Part shown: positions 59,800-64,000 of the stretch, one piece after another | How the letters are laid out: each line of letters opens with the position of its first letter | Position numbering within the stretch: position 1 is the first letter of the stretch | Assembly (NCBI RefSeq): GCF_009914755.1 | Contig: NC_060929.1 | DNA: 64,000 bases | Direction: 5' to 3' (one strand) | DNA from: the human T2T-CHM13v2.0 reference genome, Homo sapiens | Notes under the pieces: generated by a model | What the model was told of the DNA's origin: nothing | What the model saw: the letters and a program-made list of their open reading frames with translations, nothing else | Databases searched by the model: none | Program-made: the position numbers and the translations under genes

Positions 59800-61490
59800 T
59801 GTATGCATTATTTATTTGGCAGAATTTATATCTTGTAATATTGTATTTTGTACAAATATAGCTGAGATATCTTGCTGCTAATTTTTCAAGAAAATTCATA
59901 GTTTTTTGTAACCATCCTGACTATATTTTCTCACATTTCTTTCTAGTACCTAATGGTCATTATGGCTATACAAAATTGACTTATTTTTAACTTATATTTT
60001 CTGCTTTTGATGTTATACAGAGAGAAAATAGATATTTGCCTATTGAACTTGAATACAGACAAGTTCCTGAATTTTGAGTATTTCTAACAATGTATATGAG
60101 GACTTTCTGAGAATTTTCTACATGGGAATTTAAGTCATTTTAAAATAAAGACACTTATTTTTTCTTTCAATCTTTTTGCCTTTAATTGCCTTTTTCCTCC
60201 TTTATTTCTTTATTATCCATGGGTCAAGATGATGAAATGAAAGTGGTGATATTTAACATGCTTATAATTTTAAAGGGAATGTTACTAATTTTTCTTCATT
60301 AATGACATATTTCGCTGTAGATTTCTCATAGAACCTATTACGAAGTTTAGTTTACCAACCTATTACCATATTTCATTGTAGATTTATTGTAGAACCCATT
60401 ACCAAATTCCTTTCAATCTATTCCTAGAATAACATTTTTCCCAAAATTATGCTTTGAACTTTGTCTTTTTTTTTTTACCATCAAATGAAATACACACACA
60501 CACACATACACACACACACACAAGCAATTTCTTACTGTGGGGAATAGCAGTTACACATTTTCTAATAATAGACACACCTTACTTTTTAGGATAAATATAC
60601 TTTGGCCCAGGAGTTTTATCTTTGTTTATCTTATTCCCATATGAATTGTCATAGCTTCATCTGAATTTTCTAGTAGTATTGCCCTGATTATACTGTCCTT
60701 GTGAATTCTGATGTAAAAGCTAGACTGTCCTCATAGAAAAAGTGGAGGTATGCATTTTTTTCAATTATCTGTTCACCAAAAGATGTCTTTTTTATGTCTG
60801 AAATGTTCTGTTCTTAAAAAGAGATTAGCTGGTACTCCCACTAAACTATTGTTTAAATTTCTTTAATAGTTTAACAGTGCAGCTTTCTCTTTCTTTTAGG
60901 GATAGATTCTGAAAGTAATTTTCCTAGTAATTTTCCATGCATATAGTTTAACATACACTAGTATAAAAATCAATCATGGTAATTTCTCTACAATCTCTGC
61001 TGTACCATATGTGTTTACTCTCAATTCAGTTTATCTGTGTTCTCTCTCTGCGTCTTGGTCTTTCTGTGTCCATCTCTCTCTCCAGGTTCTCTCTCTCTCT
61101 TTAATCTCACTGAAAGTTTGATATTTTATTATACATTTCAAGTGTGGACTTGCTGATTCTTAATTTTGTGTTGGGTTTATTTGCCATTGTGTTTGTTCAT
61201 TTATTTAAAAATTATCTTCTAAGTTTACATCTGTTGTTTTCTTGTTTTTAACTTCTGAGTTAGACACTCATTAATTTTAAGCTCTTTTATTTTCTTAGGT
61301 AATTATTTTCTAATTTAAGCATCTGAAGTTATAAATTTACTTTTATCTACCCAAATTCACCGTATTTAACAAAATGCAGTAGTGTTGAAATTACGTTTTA
61401 CTTTTCTGTGTCTTTAAAATTTGCATTACAATTTATCCTGTTATCTTTGAGATATTTAGAAATGTATTCTTGATTTTCAATTTATTTTCT
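59800..61490 (-). mobile_element. Very old L1M(E) ORF2 fragments
   Basis: T-rich strand with gaattttctacatgggaatttaagtcatttt..aaataaagac, gaaagtggtgata, ttttaaagggaatg. Confidence 0.6.
60492..60522. repeat. (CA)n microsatellite
   Basis: About 15 units with one interruption. Confidence 0.95.
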
Positions 61491-63719
61491 GAATTGGTGC
61501 TATATATGTTTTTTTTTTTTTCTCTGGTGCCCGGAATACACGAACTACCTAGGACTGCTTATGCCACCTTGAAAATCCTTTGCTTAATAATGGAGTCTCT
61601 TATTCATTTCCTACAATTTGCAAATGGCCCTGGGTTTAACTGTGTCATTAATAGCAACACTGGTGTCACCATGCATCATAAGATACCTCTAGTGTCTGCA
61701 TTCTGCTTACTGCTTCCTCTTCTCCTTTTCATTCACTTTTTCTTTAGAGGGGCCAGTGTACATGTGGTGGATATACATTTTTTACTCTTTTTAAGTCCAG
61801 CAATGCATTAAAATTGATTATATCCAGAATGTAATTATTTAAAAAAAGATAGTCCCTTCAAACAGGTAAAATAAGACTTTTAAATTCATATACAGATATT
61901 TCCATCATTGAAGTATATATAATTTGAGGAAAATGGTATTTAACAACATTATAAGTATTGGCATATATAAAATTTTGTAGAGGTAGTAACCAAATTTGAG
62001 ATAAAAATACAAAGCATCATTAAAGGAATCATTTATTTTATTACTTGATTATAAATACAATAATCATGCTCACATACCATCGTTTAATGTGATTCTAGAA
62101 AATAGAGCAGGCATATAAATGTATTAAACTTTATGAGGACTTCTCTTGGAAACATCTTGGGTATTAAAATTAGTAAAAACATATGATATTTATAATATAC
62201 TAATTAATAATTGCTTCATATTATCATTGAAGTCTCTTCCCTCCCCCTTATTGGTCCTTACTCTGGGTAACTATCAATGTCTTATTTCTTCATTCCTATT
62301 TGCAAAGTTGCATGAGCTCTAGTGCAAAGTATACAGCCCTGCTTTCTGTCTCCAGTAAAACTTCACAATTGAATAAATTGTAAGATATCCCTTTTTCAGT
62401 TATAATTTTATTCACATGAACTTCATTACACAGTTTCATAAAAATTAATAATCTCAAATCCACAACCTTAACACCATAGACTACCTCAACTGCAGTAGAT
62501 TTCATTTCTAATTTATTGAAAAATTAAAGAAAAATCATATTTACTTTTTGGCTATGTTTTTTTCTTTCCTTGCCTATGGTCTCTTCCATTCTCTCTTGCC
62601 CTTTTATTTTATATTGTCACCCAATATCAAGTGTTTCTACTTAGTAAGACTGACCTTTCTGGCTATGAGTGTTCTCCCAATTTGATGTAAGTCTTCCTTC
62701 ATCGCTTGTTTTTCTTTTAACTTTATTTTAAATTTCTCTTTTTCTATTATTTTTTCCTAGATCTACAAATATACCCACCAATCCTAGACATAGTGGAACA
62801 GAACTGCTTTCCTTTACAATAAGCTCCTTTCCAATATATTGGGATAAGAAATAATGGAATAAGAAGGAGGAGGTACAACTTTTAAAGCATTTTTAGTTTA
62901 AAAAAGAAGTTATGTTATGTTTAGAGATGGAAATACTCTGTTAAAGAAAACTGAATTAAAAAATCTCGTTGACTCATTTATTAAGGAGACATAAATCCAA
63001 TGAAAATCACATTTAAAAAAATTCTTAATTATGGTGCAACCTACTACAAAAATGTTACTTTATATGTTTTTAAAAGACGGAAGCCTGAGAGATGCTTAAT
63101 CTACTTCTCATTCAGTGTTTCACCATGCTTCTTATGCCATTCACTGTTCTATAAATTTTTTTTACAGAGCTGTATCATAATATACTATCAAGTGCATTAT
63201 AAAAGATTAGAATGTTATTTCTTTTAGCACTCTATTTATGCTTACTACTGACTTCAAAGGACATTCAGGATGTAGAAGAGTTATTTTCCCAAGGGCACAA
63301 AGAAGAAATAATCCCGTCAGCAATTCTTATAGACAAGTGATGCAGAGGCAGTTTTAGCAAACATATAGTCTCCTTTTAACCAGAAATGATTTGTGTGTTT
63401 TCTTGAGGCAATGTCTATTTGTAGCAGTGTTAACATTGACATCAGTAGCTAGAAAATGACAGCAAAAGACAAATGATCCTCAGGTGTAAAAATCAGCAAC
63501 TGAGATCCTTGGCCTTTGGGAAAATGTCAGGATGACCAAGAATGACGGCAGATCACAGAAGGGCCATAGACTGAAACCTTTACTTAAATAAAGGTCATAC
63601 CCCCTACAGTGATCTCTGCAGCATTCTAAGAGTGGCAACTTCATTAAAACTGATGTCCAGGAGAGTCAAGGAGAGTACATAGTTGATAGTTCCCAGGACA
63701 TAGAGAATACTCCTTAGAT

Positions 63720-63772
63720 TGTGTCTGTGTGTCTGTGTGTGTGTATGTGTGTGTGTGTGTGTATCTGTGTGT
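63720..63772. repeat. Interrupted (TG)n microsatellite
   Basis: Directly visible. Confidence 0.95.
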
Positions 63773-64000
63773 TAAAAACTTATTCTGTCCCCCTCCATTA
63801 AAACTTCATGATGGAAATGATTCTTCATTAAGAAAGAAAGGCATTCTGTTTCTATATTCTTTTAGCAGAAAAACTGAAAAAGAATGAGGAAGAACATGTT
63901 CATGTGTTTCATACAGAACATGTCCTTTTTCATTCTTTTTTTCTATATGACATAGAAATAGTAGAGGGAGGTGGGTAGAGAGGATAAAAAAGGCCATGTT

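Overview
AT-rich, gene-poor primate genomic DNA, almost certainly human: it carries an Alu with all five AluYa5 diagnostic bases. I see no supportable protein-coding gene, RNA gene or CRISPR array. The long ORFs in the track are broken L1 ORF1/ORF2 pieces, an ERVL RT remnant, or Alu and microsatellite artefacts. The window is a layered transposon record. It holds three near full-length L1s of different ages (L1MC-like 10.6-17.9 kb, L1PA13/L1PREC2-like 23.1-29.6 kb, L1PA5/6-like 44.6-50.7 kb), a twin-primed inverted L1PA3, an L1PA2 3' stub, five Alus, MaLR/ERVL LTRs, an ERVL gag-pol relic and several DNA transposons. I found no new biological system. The most notable unexplained signals are (i) a ~80-bp inverted templated copy of unique-looking DNA inserted in a MER5 element, (ii) a twin-priming junction with visible primer microhomology, (iii) non-consensus variants shared by two inverted L1PA copies 12.5 kb apart, and (iv) a young AluYa5. 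Subfamily names come from recalled consensus sequences, not a database search. Boundaries of old repeats are approximate.
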